From IMG/VR virus record IMGVR_UViG_3300008954_000025, positions 23,893-87,892 of that record: 64,000 nucleotides of DNA; one strand, written 5' to 3'. A model generated the notes under the pieces. It saw nothing but the letters and a program-made list of their open reading frames with translations, had not been told where the DNA came from and did no database searches. The position numbers and the translations under genes are program-made. Position 1 is the first letter of the stretch. Every line of letters begins with the position of its first letter. This DNA is from a virus. Positions 37,091 through 46,181 of the stretch are shown piece by piece.

Positions 37091-37505
37091 CGCCGTCGCG
37101 TACGCCGAAGTCGAGTGCGACACCGCCTTCCCTGACCGCTGCTCGGCCCCCATCGAAGCGGGCGCCCCGGCGCCGTTCGCCGGCCAGGTGCTGACGACCG
37201 AACTGGCCGTGGCGCTCGGGCAGAAGGCCAACGCAGCCGCAGCTCGCCAGGCGCTGGCCGTGCGTACAGCGACGCGCGCAGCGGCCGTGGAACACCGATA
37301 CCGGCTAGACCTGGCCGCTGCGGACACCCACGCGTGCGAGCGGCGCGAGCTGGTTCAGCAGGAGCGGGCGGAGCGCGCAGAGGAAGCTGTGCGGGCGGCC
37401 GAGCCGGGCGTGCTCGACCACCCGCTGTTCTGGGCGCTCATAGGCGTAAGTGTGATGGCCGGCGCCTTCGCGCTGGCTCGCGGTGAGATCAAAGGGCTCG
37501 AGTAG
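37038..37505 (+). CDS. Exported protein with C-terminal TM helix (spanin-like partner)
   Basis: Signal peptide ending AVAYA, APAPFAGQVL, coiled coil, C-terminal hydrophobic helix; overlaps previous gene by 53 nt. Confidence 0.5.
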   Translation: MPTLKRWLASWCVLLAGSAVAYAEVECDTAFPDRCSAPIEAGAPAPFAGQVLTTELAVALGQKANAAAARQALAVRTATRAAAVEHRYRLDLAAADTHACERRELVQQERAERAEEAVRAAEPGVLDHPLFWALIGVSVMAGAFALARGEIKGLE

Positions 37506-37525
37506 GCGCCTGCGCGCCCTCGGGC

Positions 37526-37915
37526 CTACAGGAAGCGCTGCTGCACTTCGACCGAGCTGACGAGGTCGCGGGTAGCCGCGTCCACGTTGTCGCCGGTCTG
37601 CACCGTGACGATGTCGCCAGGCTCCACGTCGATGGACAGGCTGAGTGTGTCCTGCGACGTCGAGGCGGCGGCCATGGTAGCCTGGGCGCCGCTGTTGATC
37701 GTGCCGTTGACGGCGACGGCCGTGTCCTGGTCGCCGGCCGGCGCGACACGAGACGCCACGCGGTGAGCGATGATGCGGCCGCGGATGCCGACGACGCCTC
37801 CGCCGAAGCGGGTGTTCGCTACGGTCGGCTGCGCCGAGAACGCGTCGATGCGCATCGAGTTGCGGAACTGGCCCGCGATGTTTGCCCAGTCGCTGGGGCT
37901 GTTCGGCGTTACCAT
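37526..37915 (-). CDS. Hypothetical beta-rich protein
   Basis: Coding-like ORF downstream of the endolysin with its own short AT-richer upstream region. Confidence 0.55.
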   Translation of the reverse strand: MVTPNSPSDWANIAGQFRNSMRIDAFSAQPTVANTRFGGGVVGIRGRIIAHRVASRVAPAGDQDTAVAVNGTINSGAQATMAAASTSQDTLSLSIDVEPGDIVTVQTGDNVDAATRDLVSSVEVQQRFL

Positions 37916-37948
37916 GAAGTGTGTGTAACATAGCCCCCGCGATGACGG

Positions 37949-38725
37949 CTAGGGCTGCATGTCGATGAAGTCCAGGCGGCTGTAGGACCTGCGTCGGGCG
38001 CAGACTTCGTAGCCCTCCCGGCTGCCTTCGTCGTTCGTGTTGCCTTCGATGGTCGTCACCACGCTCGGCGTGGCGTCCGTGACGATGCCGGTGTGCGCCC
38101 AGTCGTCGTCGCGACGATAGGTGAGGAAGAGGTCCCCAGCTCGAAGCTGCGGGAGCGTGCGTCCGGGACGTGGGGCGGACGCGTAGCGGATCAGCCGGCC
38201 GTCCTGCTCTGCCGCGAGCGCGAGCACGTCGCAGCTGACCGTGCTGCGCAGCGGCCGATCAGCGCCCGTGGCCTCGCACGCCTGCCCGATGATGTAGCTG
38301 ACGAAGCCTGCGCACCAGGCCCACACGTCGCCGTCGCGGCCGCTGCAGTACAGGCGCACCCACGGCCCCCGGTTCTGGCCGCCGACCTCCCTGGGGTGCT
38401 GCGCGAGGTGCTGCTTGGCGAAGTGGACGATCGCCTCGGGGAGTGTCATGCCGACTGTTGCCTGCCGGTCGATCGCAGCGGCGCGCTCCATCGGACGGTG
38501 CAGCGCCTGCCACGTGGTCGCGTCGACCTCGCCGTACTGGACTGGGGCGCGGCGCCCCACGTTGACCTGGAAGGCTGTGACGGCCGCTTCGGTCGCGGGG
38601 CCGAAGTCCCCGTCTATGGCGCAGCCGAAGTCGTGCAGGTTGAGCCACTCTTGGAGGTCCCGAACGTCAGTTCCCCGGCTCCCCTTCCGCAACACGCGCC
38701 GATGGTGACACGGGGTTCGCCTCAA
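37949..38725 (-). CDS. Endolysin: PG_binding_1 + CHAP peptidase (true start probably near VLRKGS)
   Basis: LRKGSRG.DV..LQ..L.....IDGDFGPATEAAV..FQ; AWCAGFV, HTGIV, TIEGNT. Confidence 0.9.
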   Translation of the reverse strand: MRRTPCHHRRVLRKGSRGTDVRDLQEWLNLHDFGCAIDGDFGPATEAAVTAFQVNVGRRAPVQYGEVDATTWQALHRPMERAAAIDRQATVGMTLPEAIVHFAKQHLAQHPREVGGQNRGPWVRLYCSGRDGDVWAWCAGFVSYIIGQACEATGADRPLRSTVSCDVLALAAEQDGRLIRYASAPRPGRTLPQLRAGDLFLTYRRDDDWAHTGIVTDATPSVVTTIEGNTNDEGSREGYEVCARRRSYSRLDFIDMQP

Positions 38726-39422
38726 CGTCTATGGTGACACTGGTAGGCGCAGGTAGGGCGGGCACTGCCGTGGGTGTGCCCTGGTCGTCGTCCTCGGCCG
38801 ATTCGACCTCCTCCAGCTCCGCGCGACGGTGCGCGAGCGCCGCCTTGGTCATCGCGGCGATCTCGTCGGCGGTGACGCCGTCAGGCAGCGCGTCGTGGTC
38901 GGTGGCGTCGTCTGATTGCATGCCTCCCGGGACCAGGCGGTCAGCCGCCATCGGCGCGATCTCTTCGACACGACGGGACATGTCTACGAAGCTGCGCATC
39001 AGCCCCTCATAGGAGCGGGGCAGGACGCCGTCTGGGTCCATCAGCATCTTGTATGCCTGGGCCCGGACGTCGATGAGCATCTTCACGTCGGCGATCAGCG
39101 CCTGCGTGAGCGTGTCAGCCGCGCGCCGGCGCATCTCCTTGAAGGTCTCGGACAGGAAGCGCTGGCGCTCGATGACCCAGTTGTCTTGAGTGCTCCAGCG
39201 CTCGAGGGTTCGCCGGCTGACGCGCCCCTCGAACTTGGGGTGGTTGGCGAGCTTGTCGATCGAGTCGCACTGCGGATCAGTGATGTAGGCGATTCCCGCA
39301 TTGCGACGCAGCTGCTCGTTGCGGACGGCTGTCTTGGCCTGCTTGAACTCGACGATGTCGGCCCGCGGCTCGTCGAGCTCCGCCGCGTCGGTCTCTTCAG
39401 CGATGCTGAGCTCGTCGTCCAT
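38667..39422 (-). CDS. HTH protein, terminase small subunit-like
   Basis: SIDKLA....VSRRTLERWS..DNW..ER followed by helical oligomerisation-like region. Confidence 0.5.
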   Translation of the reverse strand: MDDELSIAEETDAAELDEPRADIVEFKQAKTAVRNEQLRRNAGIAYITDPQCDSIDKLANHPKFEGRVSRRTLERWSTQDNWVIERQRFLSETFKEMRRRAADTLTQALIADVKMLIDVRAQAYKMLMDPDGVLPRSYEGLMRSFVDMSRRVEEIAPMAADRLVPGGMQSDDATDHDALPDGVTADEIAAMTKAALAHRRAELEEVESAEDDDQGTPTAVPALPAPTSVTIDVEANPVSPSARVAEGEPGN

Positions 39423-39670
39423 TAGTCCTTCATCCCGAAGCCCCGGTTCGGGGCGCTGATGCCGAAGTGCCCCGGGACCTTCCGGCCATCTTCCAGTATG
39501 GCGGCCGTCCGGAACCGCTTGTCGGCTGTCGCGCCAGCAGTGTTCGCGATCAGCCGCTCCAGCTCGGCGCTGCAGCGATCGCAGCGTTGGGGCTTGCCGC
39601 AGTCGCTGATCGAGTGCGTGCGCTCGGTCTCGGCGCCGCATGAGGGGCAGCGGTAGTCGTATCGCGGCAC
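39422..39670 (-). CDS. FmdB-family zinc ribbon protein
   Basis: MPRYDYRCPSCG...CDRC...LERLI. Confidence 0.85.
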   Translation of the reverse strand: MPRYDYRCPSCGAETERTHSISDCGKPQRCDRCSAELERLIANTAGATADKRFRTAAILEDGRKVPGHFGISAPNRGFGMKD

Positions 39671-39676
39671 GTCTTG

Positions 39677-39705
39677 ATTGTCGGCGGGACGTCGGTGCTC
39701 GTCAA
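39677..39705 (-). promoter_or_regulatory. Sigma70-like promoter, leaderless transcript
   Basis: TTGACG-17 nt-GACAAT, 6 nt before GTG 39670. Confidence 0.65.
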
Positions 39706-39783
39706 GTCATCGCAAGCCCCGAAGCTCTGGACTCGGGGCGCCCCAGCGTTTCGTACGTTGGGGACCCTGGCGAAGTAGCGGAG

Positions 39784-40185
39784 TTAGCGCTCGTCGAGCT
39801 GCGCGGTGATCCAGTCCCGAACGGCGCGGAGCTCGTCCGGTTCCATCGCGTCGGAGAGCGCACGGCGCGTGACGCCGGCGCCGTGGCAGGTGCGGCAGAT
39901 TGGCGTCACCTCGGCAGTCACCGCCTCGTACTTCCGGGCGCCGCGACAGCGCGTGCAGGGCTCCTCGACCGGCGGGCAGTGCGTCATGCGCCACTCACGG
40001 AGGTACTGCGCGAGCGCCTGGAACCACTTGGCGCCCATCGGCCAGCCGAGGCCCTTTTCGAGCGCGTCCACGAGCTGGACCGCGTCGATGATGATGTAGC
40101 GCCGATTGTGCTGCGTGAGGAATCGCTTCAGGTGCGCGGGCGACTTCATCGAGATCTTGTCGCGTTGTTCGGCGGACAGCGGCAT
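39784..40185 (-). CDS. Hypothetical protein with DnaJ-like CxxCxGxG Zn motifs
   Basis: CTRCRGA...CRTCHGAG. Confidence 0.6.
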   Translation of the reverse strand: MPLSAEQRDKISMKSPAHLKRFLTQHNRRYIIIDAVQLVDALEKGLGWPMGAKWFQALAQYLREWRMTHCPPVEEPCTRCRGARKYEAVTAEVTPICRTCHGAGVTRRALSDAMEPDELRAVRDWITAQLDER

Positions 40186-40502
40186 CAGATGTTCCCCATG
40201 AGTGACGGCGCGGATGTAGCTCGGACGCGCATGACGAAGGTGTTGTAGGCGACGGGCGTCAGCAGCTGCGCCCGCAGGAACCCGTCGCAGACACCGAGCG
40301 CGTGGCCGTGCCGGACGAGGAACGCGGTGAAGGACCGCTGCTGCAGCAGGGCGCCCCCGCCCACGACCGACGCGATGGAGACGTCACAATTGGTGCGCGC
40401 CTCCTCCAGCTTGGTGATGAGCTCTTCGATGTAGCTCGTGGCCGCCTCTGGCGACTCGATGACCGGGGGCGCGCTGGGCGCCTCGACCGTGAAGTTACTC
40501 AT
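40185..40502 (-). CDS. Hypothetical protein
   Basis: Translationally coupled on both sides. Confidence 0.55.
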   Translation of the reverse strand: MSNFTVEAPSAPPVIESPEAATSYIEELITKLEEARTNCDVSIASVVGGGALLQQRSFTAFLVRHGHALGVCDGFLRAQLLTPVAYNTFVMRVRATSAPSLMGNI

Positions 40503-40726
40503 GACTCCTCCAGTCGGATGGCGATGCTGCCGCCCGGCAGCTGCTCGAGGAAAGCGAGCAGCTGCTCTTGGTCCTCCGGGACCGTGAAGTCGACGATGTA
40601 CTCGGTGCCGTCATCGTCCTCGAAGGCGGCGCGGGTGCGGACCGTGCCTGGTGCGTCTGTCCACGCCTGCAGGTCTACGGGCTGCATGTGCGCGTCGAAC
40701 CACTCGCCCTCGTCCTTGCCGATCAT
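40499..40726 (-). CDS. Hypothetical protein
   Basis: ATGA coupling, GAGGA RBS. Confidence 0.5.
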   Translation of the reverse strand: MIGKDEGEWFDAHMQPVDLQAWTDAPGTVRTRAAFEDDDGTEYIVDFTVPEDQEQLLAFLEQLPGGSIAIRLEES

Positions 40727-41433
40727 GGCGTCCTCGCTGTGGCCTCGTCCGTCCCTACGTGCGTGAGGTCCGGCTCCGGCTCCCACGCGCGCACGCCGGC
40801 GTCGTGCCCGAACCGCAGCACCAGCCAGTGGAACATGTAGTCGACGACCGAGGTCGCCGTGCCGATCTCCGACCCGGTAGCGACGCCCTGCGGCTCGAAC
40901 CGCGTGAACCGGAACTTGTCGGCGATGGTGTCGATCGAGACGCCGAACTGCAGCAGCAGGCTCGTCAGCTTGGCGATGGTGTCCATCAGCCCGCGCACGG
41001 TGGAGCCCGCCTTGGACATCGTGACGAACACCTCGGCCGGCGAGCGGTCGCTGTACAGGCCGACGTTGATATAGCCCTCGTGACCGCCCACCGCGAACTT
41101 GTGGTTGATGCTCTCGCGCTCCGGCGGGAGCTTACGTCGCACGGGCCCGAGCCCTTGAACGAACACGGGCAGCCACGTATCCAGGTCCGGGTGCAGCCCG
41201 GCCGGGAACGCGGCTGGGTAGCCGGTCAGGGCCAGGCGCTCGTGGATGCGGTCTCCGATCGCGCGGGGCAGCGCGTCCCCGTCGTGCCGGATCTTGATCG
41301 GCGGCGGCACCGCGGGCGGCACTGGCGGTTCGCTGTCGTGCTGCTCGATGTGGTCAGCGAGCGCCCGAAGGAACCCGGTGACCGGGGTCGGTACAGGGCC
41401 GAACTGTGTGGTGTCCTCGTTCTTGACCTGCAC
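40723..41433 (-). CDS. Stand-alone TSCPD domain protein (class II ribonucleotide reductase C-terminal-like)
   Basis: RRKLPPERESINHKFAVGGHEGYINVGLY.D..P.EVF..MSKAGST.RGLMD......S..LQFGV....KF..TRFEP.G...ATSVVDY.F.WL. Confidence 0.85.
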   Translation of the reverse strand: MQVKNEDTTQFGPVPTPVTGFLRALADHIEQHDSEPPVPPAVPPPIKIRHDGDALPRAIGDRIHERLALTGYPAAFPAGLHPDLDTWLPVFVQGLGPVRRKLPPERESINHKFAVGGHEGYINVGLYSDRSPAEVFVTMSKAGSTVRGLMDTIAKLTSLLLQFGVSIDTIADKFRFTRFEPQGVATGSEIGTATSVVDYMFHWLVLRFGHDAGVRAWEPEPDLTHVGTDEATARTP

Positions 41434-41434
41434 T

Positions 41435-44209
41435 TCAGCCTCCCACCCGGATCACGTTCCATGACGCCGGAATGTCTTCCACGTGGTCGATGCGCGCGGC
41501 GGGCCACGCCGCGAAGACCTGATCGACGGTGCCGTCGGCGACGCGCGCCTCGATCTGCTGCAACATGGCTTGCAGGTTGTCCGGCTCCAGCATGGCGAGA
41601 TCCTCGTCGTCGAGGAGCAGCATCCGTGTCGGCGCGTCCTCGGTCCACGCGAGCGCGAGCGCTACGATGATGGACGCCTTCTCGCTGCCGCACATCGTGT
41701 GACGGCTGTGCGCGCGATCATCGTCGCCGACGATGCGCCACTCACACTGCTTATCTGACAGCGCGAGCCGGGCCGCGAACCCGTCGGGCATGTACTTGTT
41801 GACCGCGGTCTCTGCGCGCTTCTTCGTCTTGCGGAGAGCAGCGGTCATCGCCTTCTTCGCCTCGGTCTTCAGCGTCTTGGCTGTGTCGGCCCGCCGCCGC
41901 AGGACGCGGACGTCGGTCTCCATGCGCTCGAGGTTCATGCGCGACGCCTCGGCGTTCCGGAGCTGGCCGATCTGCGTCTCGATCTCGGCGCTGGCTGGCC
42001 CCGCGTAGTCCGCCATGTCTCCGAGCGCGCCGCGCAGCGCGTCGATGCTCGCCTCCACGCGGTGCGCCTCGGTCTTGAGCTTGGCGCGGTCATGCTGCGC
42101 CGTCGCGACGCGCTGCTGGGCCGTCGCGACGAGCTGGGCGCTCTCGTCGACGGCGGTCTGTGCCTCCTTGCGCTTCACATCCGCGTTGTACGCCGACGCC
42201 TCCGCGTTGTTCTTCCGGATCGCGACGAGCGCTTGGACCTGCGCGATGCGCGCTGTCCAGTCGATGCCGCAGGTCGCGCAGAACGGGCACGGCGTGGCTG
42301 CAGGGTCCGGCTGCCCCATGACGCGTTCCAGCAGTGCGTGTGCATCGAGCGCGCGTTGGTACTTGTCCTGCTCCTCCGCGGCCTCGTCCAGCATCTGCTG
42401 CGCATCGGCGAGGATCTTCTCCGCCACCACGCCAGCTCGGTCCCGCGCTTCCTGCAGACGCGTGAGGTCCGCCTCGGCCGCTTCGCACTCGGCGATGATC
42501 GCTTCCGCGCGAGGCTGAATGTCCGCCATCTGTTGCTCGGCGACGACCAGGCTCGCGCGGTTGCTCGCTTGCTGCTCGAACGCTCGGGCCTTGTCCCGCT
42601 GCGCTTCGAGCTCGGGTAGGAGCTCGACGCCGGCGAGGTCGAACGCGATGTCGCGTGCAGTCTCGAGATCGCGCTCCTTGCCGTTCGCTTCGGTGTTGGC
42701 GGCGCGCTGCGCCCGGTCGAACCAACCCTGCATCCCTGCGAGGATCTCGGCGGCTGGCTTCTGCTCGATCGCGGAGGCGATGAGCGCGTCGGCGGACACG
42801 AGTGACTGCACGCCAGCGACGGCCGCGATGGCCTCGCACCACAGATTGAGCTGCTGCTCGTCGAGCGCCTTCGGTACCGGGATCGTCTTGAGCCCGCCGA
42901 AGCGGGTCATGATCGTCTCGCGCGCCTTCTCGGCGCTCTTGCTGAGGAGGTCCCGCAGCGACACGGAGGGCAGCACGTGCTCGTAGCCGCTGACGCGCTG
43001 CGCGAGGTCTGGCGAGAACGTCGGCGCGCCGGGGAGCTTCTTGCCTGCCTCGGCTGAGTACGCCGCGGTGTGCGCTCCGTTGCTCAGCTCCGTCGACAGG
43101 TGCTTCACGCCGTCCGGCGTGAACTCGACGACGTCCTTGCCGTGCACCAAGCCGGGGAGCTTGCCGGTCCACGCGAGGCGGACCGCCTCGATGCCGGCGC
43201 TCTTGCCCTTGCGGTTGCCGCCGACGAAGATGTTGAGCGGTCCCAGCTCTGCTGTGATCGGGACCTTCACGTTGGCGTTCAGCCTGTCGAAGCGGACGGG
43301 CGATTTGGGGGTGGCGGGTGTCGTTCTTCTCGTTGCCATGGCACGGGCTCCTGGTTCTGCGTCGACGAGCAACTCGGTGATGCGTCCCCGATGCTTCGGG
43401 TCGGCGGCGACGTTGCGGTCGACGGTGAGTTGACGAGCCTCGGCGGCAGGCCAGTGTTCGGCCAGCCATTGCTCGACGGTCGGCTCGTCGGCGTTGGAAT
43501 AGATGACACGCGCGCCGGCATCGGTCCAGCGGGCGCACTGCTTGATGAGGTCTGTTTGGTCGTCGGCCGTGAAGCCTTCGGCCGTGTAGCTGACGAACCC
43601 GCCCTTGCCCCAGTACGGCGGGTCGAGGTAGGCGACGTCGTCCTTGCCCAGCTCGTACTCACGGTCGAACGCGCGGAAGTCGAGGCACTGAATGTCTACG
43701 CCGGCGAGGGCGACAGCGCACGCTTCGAGGCGCTCGAGGCTCGGCAGGTTGAGCTTGCGTAGCTCCTTGGCTGGACGCGGCGGCACGTTCATCTTGCCAC
43801 TCTTGTTCACGCGCCAGAGGCTGTTGAACGCCGCCTGCCGCAAGACGAGTTGCAGGCCGCGCGAGTTGCGCCGCGTCCCGTTGAACAGGTCGCGGAGCTT
43901 GTTGTAGCAGGACTTGGCGTCCTTCGCCTCAGCGAGCATGGCGGCGTAGGTCAGCGCGGTCTCGTGCACGTTCGTTGGGTCCTGCTGCACCGCGACCAGC
44001 AAGTTGACCAGGTCCGGGTTCGCGTCGGCGAGGATGACCGTCTTGCCGTCGAGCACGCCAGCCTGCTGCGCCGCGAAGAACACCGACGCGCTGCCGCACA
44101 TCGGCTCCACGTAGCAGCCGAACTCGTCCGGGAACCGCTTGAGGATGTGCGGCGTGAGCGGACTCTTGCGACCGACGTAGTAGATGAACGGTCCAGCAGG
44201 CTCAGCCAT
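41435..44209 (-). CDS. dam: DNA adenine methyltransferase (Dam/D12 class) fused in frame to a Rad50/SbcC-like ABC ATPase; internal start at 43339
   Basis: YVGRK, YVEPMCGSASVFF, LADAN..L, YLDPPY; then GGNRKGKS (Walker A), coiled coil with central CPFC, MCGSE signature, LLLDDE (Walker B); no stop between the domains. Confidence 0.85.
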   Translation of the reverse strand: MAEPAGPFIYYVGRKSPLTPHILKRFPDEFGCYVEPMCGSASVFFAAQQAGVLDGKTVILADANPDLVNLLVAVQQDPTNVHETALTYAAMLAEAKDAKSCYNKLRDLFNGTRRNSRGLQLVLRQAAFNSLWRVNKSGKMNVPPRPAKELRKLNLPSLERLEACAVALAGVDIQCLDFRAFDREYELGKDDVAYLDPPYWGKGGFVSYTAEGFTADDQTDLIKQCARWTDAGARVIYSNADEPTVEQWLAEHWPAAEARQLTVDRNVAADPKHRGRITELLVDAEPGARAMATRRTTPATPKSPVRFDRLNANVKVPITAELGPLNIFVGGNRKGKSAGIEAVRLAWTGKLPGLVHGKDVVEFTPDGVKHLSTELSNGAHTAAYSAEAGKKLPGAPTFSPDLAQRVSGYEHVLPSVSLRDLLSKSAEKARETIMTRFGGLKTIPVPKALDEQQLNLWCEAIAAVAGVQSLVSADALIASAIEQKPAAEILAGMQGWFDRAQRAANTEANGKERDLETARDIAFDLAGVELLPELEAQRDKARAFEQQASNRASLVVAEQQMADIQPRAEAIIAECEAAEADLTRLQEARDRAGVVAEKILADAQQMLDEAAEEQDKYQRALDAHALLERVMGQPDPAATPCPFCATCGIDWTARIAQVQALVAIRKNNAEASAYNADVKRKEAQTAVDESAQLVATAQQRVATAQHDRAKLKTEAHRVEASIDALRGALGDMADYAGPASAEIETQIGQLRNAEASRMNLERMETDVRVLRRRADTAKTLKTEAKKAMTAALRKTKKRAETAVNKYMPDGFAARLALSDKQCEWRIVGDDDRAHSRHTMCGSEKASIIVALALAWTEDAPTRMLLLDDEDLAMLEPDNLQAMLQQIEARVADGTVDQVFAAWPAARIDHVEDIPASWNVIRVGG

Positions 44210-44504
44210 CGCCGGCCTCGAATGGTGCGTGCGCGGCGCAAGCTCCGTTGCCGTTGAGCGGACAGGTGCAGATGAGCCGGTACACGCGCCCGAAGCGCGA
44301 GTCGTCGACGATCTCGGCATGGCCCGCGTTGATGTACAGCCGGAGCAGGCGGCGGTCGATCACGCCGAACTTGCTGGTCTTGACGCAGCCGTTCGCCGAG
44401 CTCTGGATGCGCGGGATGACCTTGAGCGCTGCCAGGAGCATCTTCGCCCGCGCTGGCGCGTCCATCTTCGCGACCTCCTCGGCGACCTTGTGCGGGTACT
44501 TCAT
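44202..44504 (-). CDS. Hypothetical protein with C-terminal CxC...CxxH motif
   Basis: Coupled to neighbours; CTCP...CAAH. Confidence 0.5.
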   Translation of the reverse strand: MKYPHKVAEEVAKMDAPARAKMLLAALKVIPRIQSSANGCVKTSKFGVIDRRLLRLYINAGHAEIVDDSRFGRVYRLICTCPLNGNGACAAHAPFEAGDG

Positions 44505-44698
44505 CCGAGCCCTTCCTTCTCCGCCCACCACCGCTCGACCACGACCTTGCCCGTCGCGTTGTCCTTGTCGTCGTAGACCTCGCTGTCGTCGTGAATGACG
44601 GTCTTCGGGATCCAGATCGACTTGTTGCAGTCGACGAGCTGGATCAGCAGCGCCTTCTTCGTTGCACGGCGCACCGTGCCCTTGCCCAGCGCCGGCAT
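44501..44698 (-). CDS. Small conserved-looking phage protein
   Basis: T.KALL.......WIPK..IHDDSEV...G.VVV..WWA. Confidence 0.55.
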   Translation of the reverse strand: MPALGKGTVRRATKKALLIQLVDCNKSIWIPKTVIHDDSEVYDDKDNATGKVVVERWWAEKEGLG

Positions 44699-45858
44699 CA
44701 GTTCGGCTCCTGCGCCTTGATCGGCGCGCCGTTCAGCGCGGCTTCGATGCGGCCCTGCTCCTGCACACGCTCCAGTTCCGCTGCGGCGACCGCGTGCCCA
44801 GCCTGCCGGAGCAGCGCGACGGCGACGGTGCGGGCGACGCTGTCGGCGATGCCGAGCGTCGTAGGTGATGCCGCGCCGAGCTGTCCCTGGCCGCTGCCGA
44901 TCAGCGCGCCGATAGCCGCGGCCTTGAACGCGCCCTCGCGGCTGGAGCCTTCGCCCCAGCGCTCGCGCGCGTACTTCTCGACCGTGCCCATGATCCGCGT
45001 CGCCTCGGCCGCGACCGCGTTGGTCGCCGTCTGCAAGACGTCTTGCAACTCGACACCGTGCAGCGGCGGCTCCAGTGCGGTCAACGCTTCGAGCGTCAGC
45101 GCGACCTGGTGCCGGTTGACGACGAGCGGAGAGCTGGACACCGGAGCTTCGGGCGCCGTGTCACAGCTGCCGCGGGCGACCTCGGCCTCGAAGGTCTTCT
45201 TCTCCTCCTCGTACGCCGCCTGTGCAGCGTTCTCGGCCTCGAGTTGCCCAGCGAACTTCACGAGGATGATCTCGCCTTGGTCGTCGATGACGACGCCCTC
45301 GCCGATGCTGCCTTCATCCGCGCGCACGAACACGAACGCGCCCTCCTCGTACTTGTCGAGCTGCGTCGGCGGCTCGACGTCGGCGGTCGAGCCTGGCTTA
45401 CGATTGTCTCGGGCGCGCTGCTCGACGAGCGCTGGCGGAAGGCCGGCCCAGTACGTCGGGGCGACGTACTCTTCGGACGCCTCCTCGCTCGCCATGACGC
45501 CGAACTCGTTCCACACCTCGGCGTACGACACGGCCTCGTCGACGTGTGGCGTGAGCCAGTCGATGAGCGCCATCGCCGCTTTCGCCTCGTCGCCGCGCAT
45601 CTTGATCGACGGGTCCATCTTGTAGTGCCGCCGGCCTTCCTCGTCCGTGCTCGCCTCGGCATTGTCGATGCCCGCACACAACAGCGTGGGCCAGCGCTCC
45701 GAGAAGTCCGTGAACAGCGCGTGCTCCGGGAGCTGCAAGTCAGCTTGCGCTGCCGGGTCGGCGCCGGGGTCGGTCATGAAGTTGACCAGCTCGATGACTT
45801 CGGTGGGCGTGTCCGCCTTGAGTCGGAAGTCGAGGGTGATGTCGAGGTAGTGTCCCAC
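44698..45858 (-). CDS. Hypothetical protein (386 aa)
   Basis: Coupled ORF with strong coding bias; N-terminal MG.Y.......LK.DTP.EVI. Confidence 0.6.
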   Translation of the reverse strand: MGHYLDITLDFRLKADTPTEVIELVNFMTDPGADPAAQADLQLPEHALFTDFSERWPTLLCAGIDNAEASTDEEGRRHYKMDPSIKMRGDEAKAAMALIDWLTPHVDEAVSYAEVWNEFGVMASEEASEEYVAPTYWAGLPPALVEQRARDNRKPGSTADVEPPTQLDKYEEGAFVFVRADEGSIGEGVVIDDQGEIILVKFAGQLEAENAAQAAYEEEKKTFEAEVARGSCDTAPEAPVSSSPLVVNRHQVALTLEALTALEPPLHGVELQDVLQTATNAVAAEATRIMGTVEKYARERWGEGSSREGAFKAAAIGALIGSGQGQLGAASPTTLGIADSVARTVAVALLRQAGHAVAAAELERVQEQGRIEAALNGAPIKAQEPN

Positions 45859-46181
45859 TAGTTCTCTCCTATCGTTCGGTACTCGATGGTGCAGCCGGAG
45901 CCGACGGCGTGGTCGATGCCGTACTGCATGCCGCCGCTGATGCCGTAGTCGGTGTACACGACGATGACGTGCGCGGCGCCCTGCCAGGCGAAGCCGGCGT
46001 GGATGCCGGTCTCGCGCTCGACGGGATCGGCGTCGTCGAGCACGCCGGGTTGCGTGTACAGGCCGTGACTGGCGAACGGCGCCTCGCCGCGCCGCAAGCA
46101 GTCGTGCATGCAGCGCCGCAGGTATGTCAGGTTCCGCTCCACGTCGCCGGCGTACGGCGACTCGATGATGACGCGCTTCAT
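45858..46181 (-). CDS. Nucleoside deoxyribosyltransferase-like (DUF4406/DUF7768-type) protein
   Basis: VIIESPYAGDVERN..Y........RGEAPFASH.LYTQ..LDD.DP.ER..GI...VY.DYGISGGM..GI. Confidence 0.65.
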   Translation of the reverse strand: MKRVIIESPYAGDVERNLTYLRRCMHDCLRRGEAPFASHGLYTQPGVLDDADPVERETGIHAGFAWQGAAHVIVVYTDYGISGGMQYGIDHAVGSGCTIEYRTIGEN

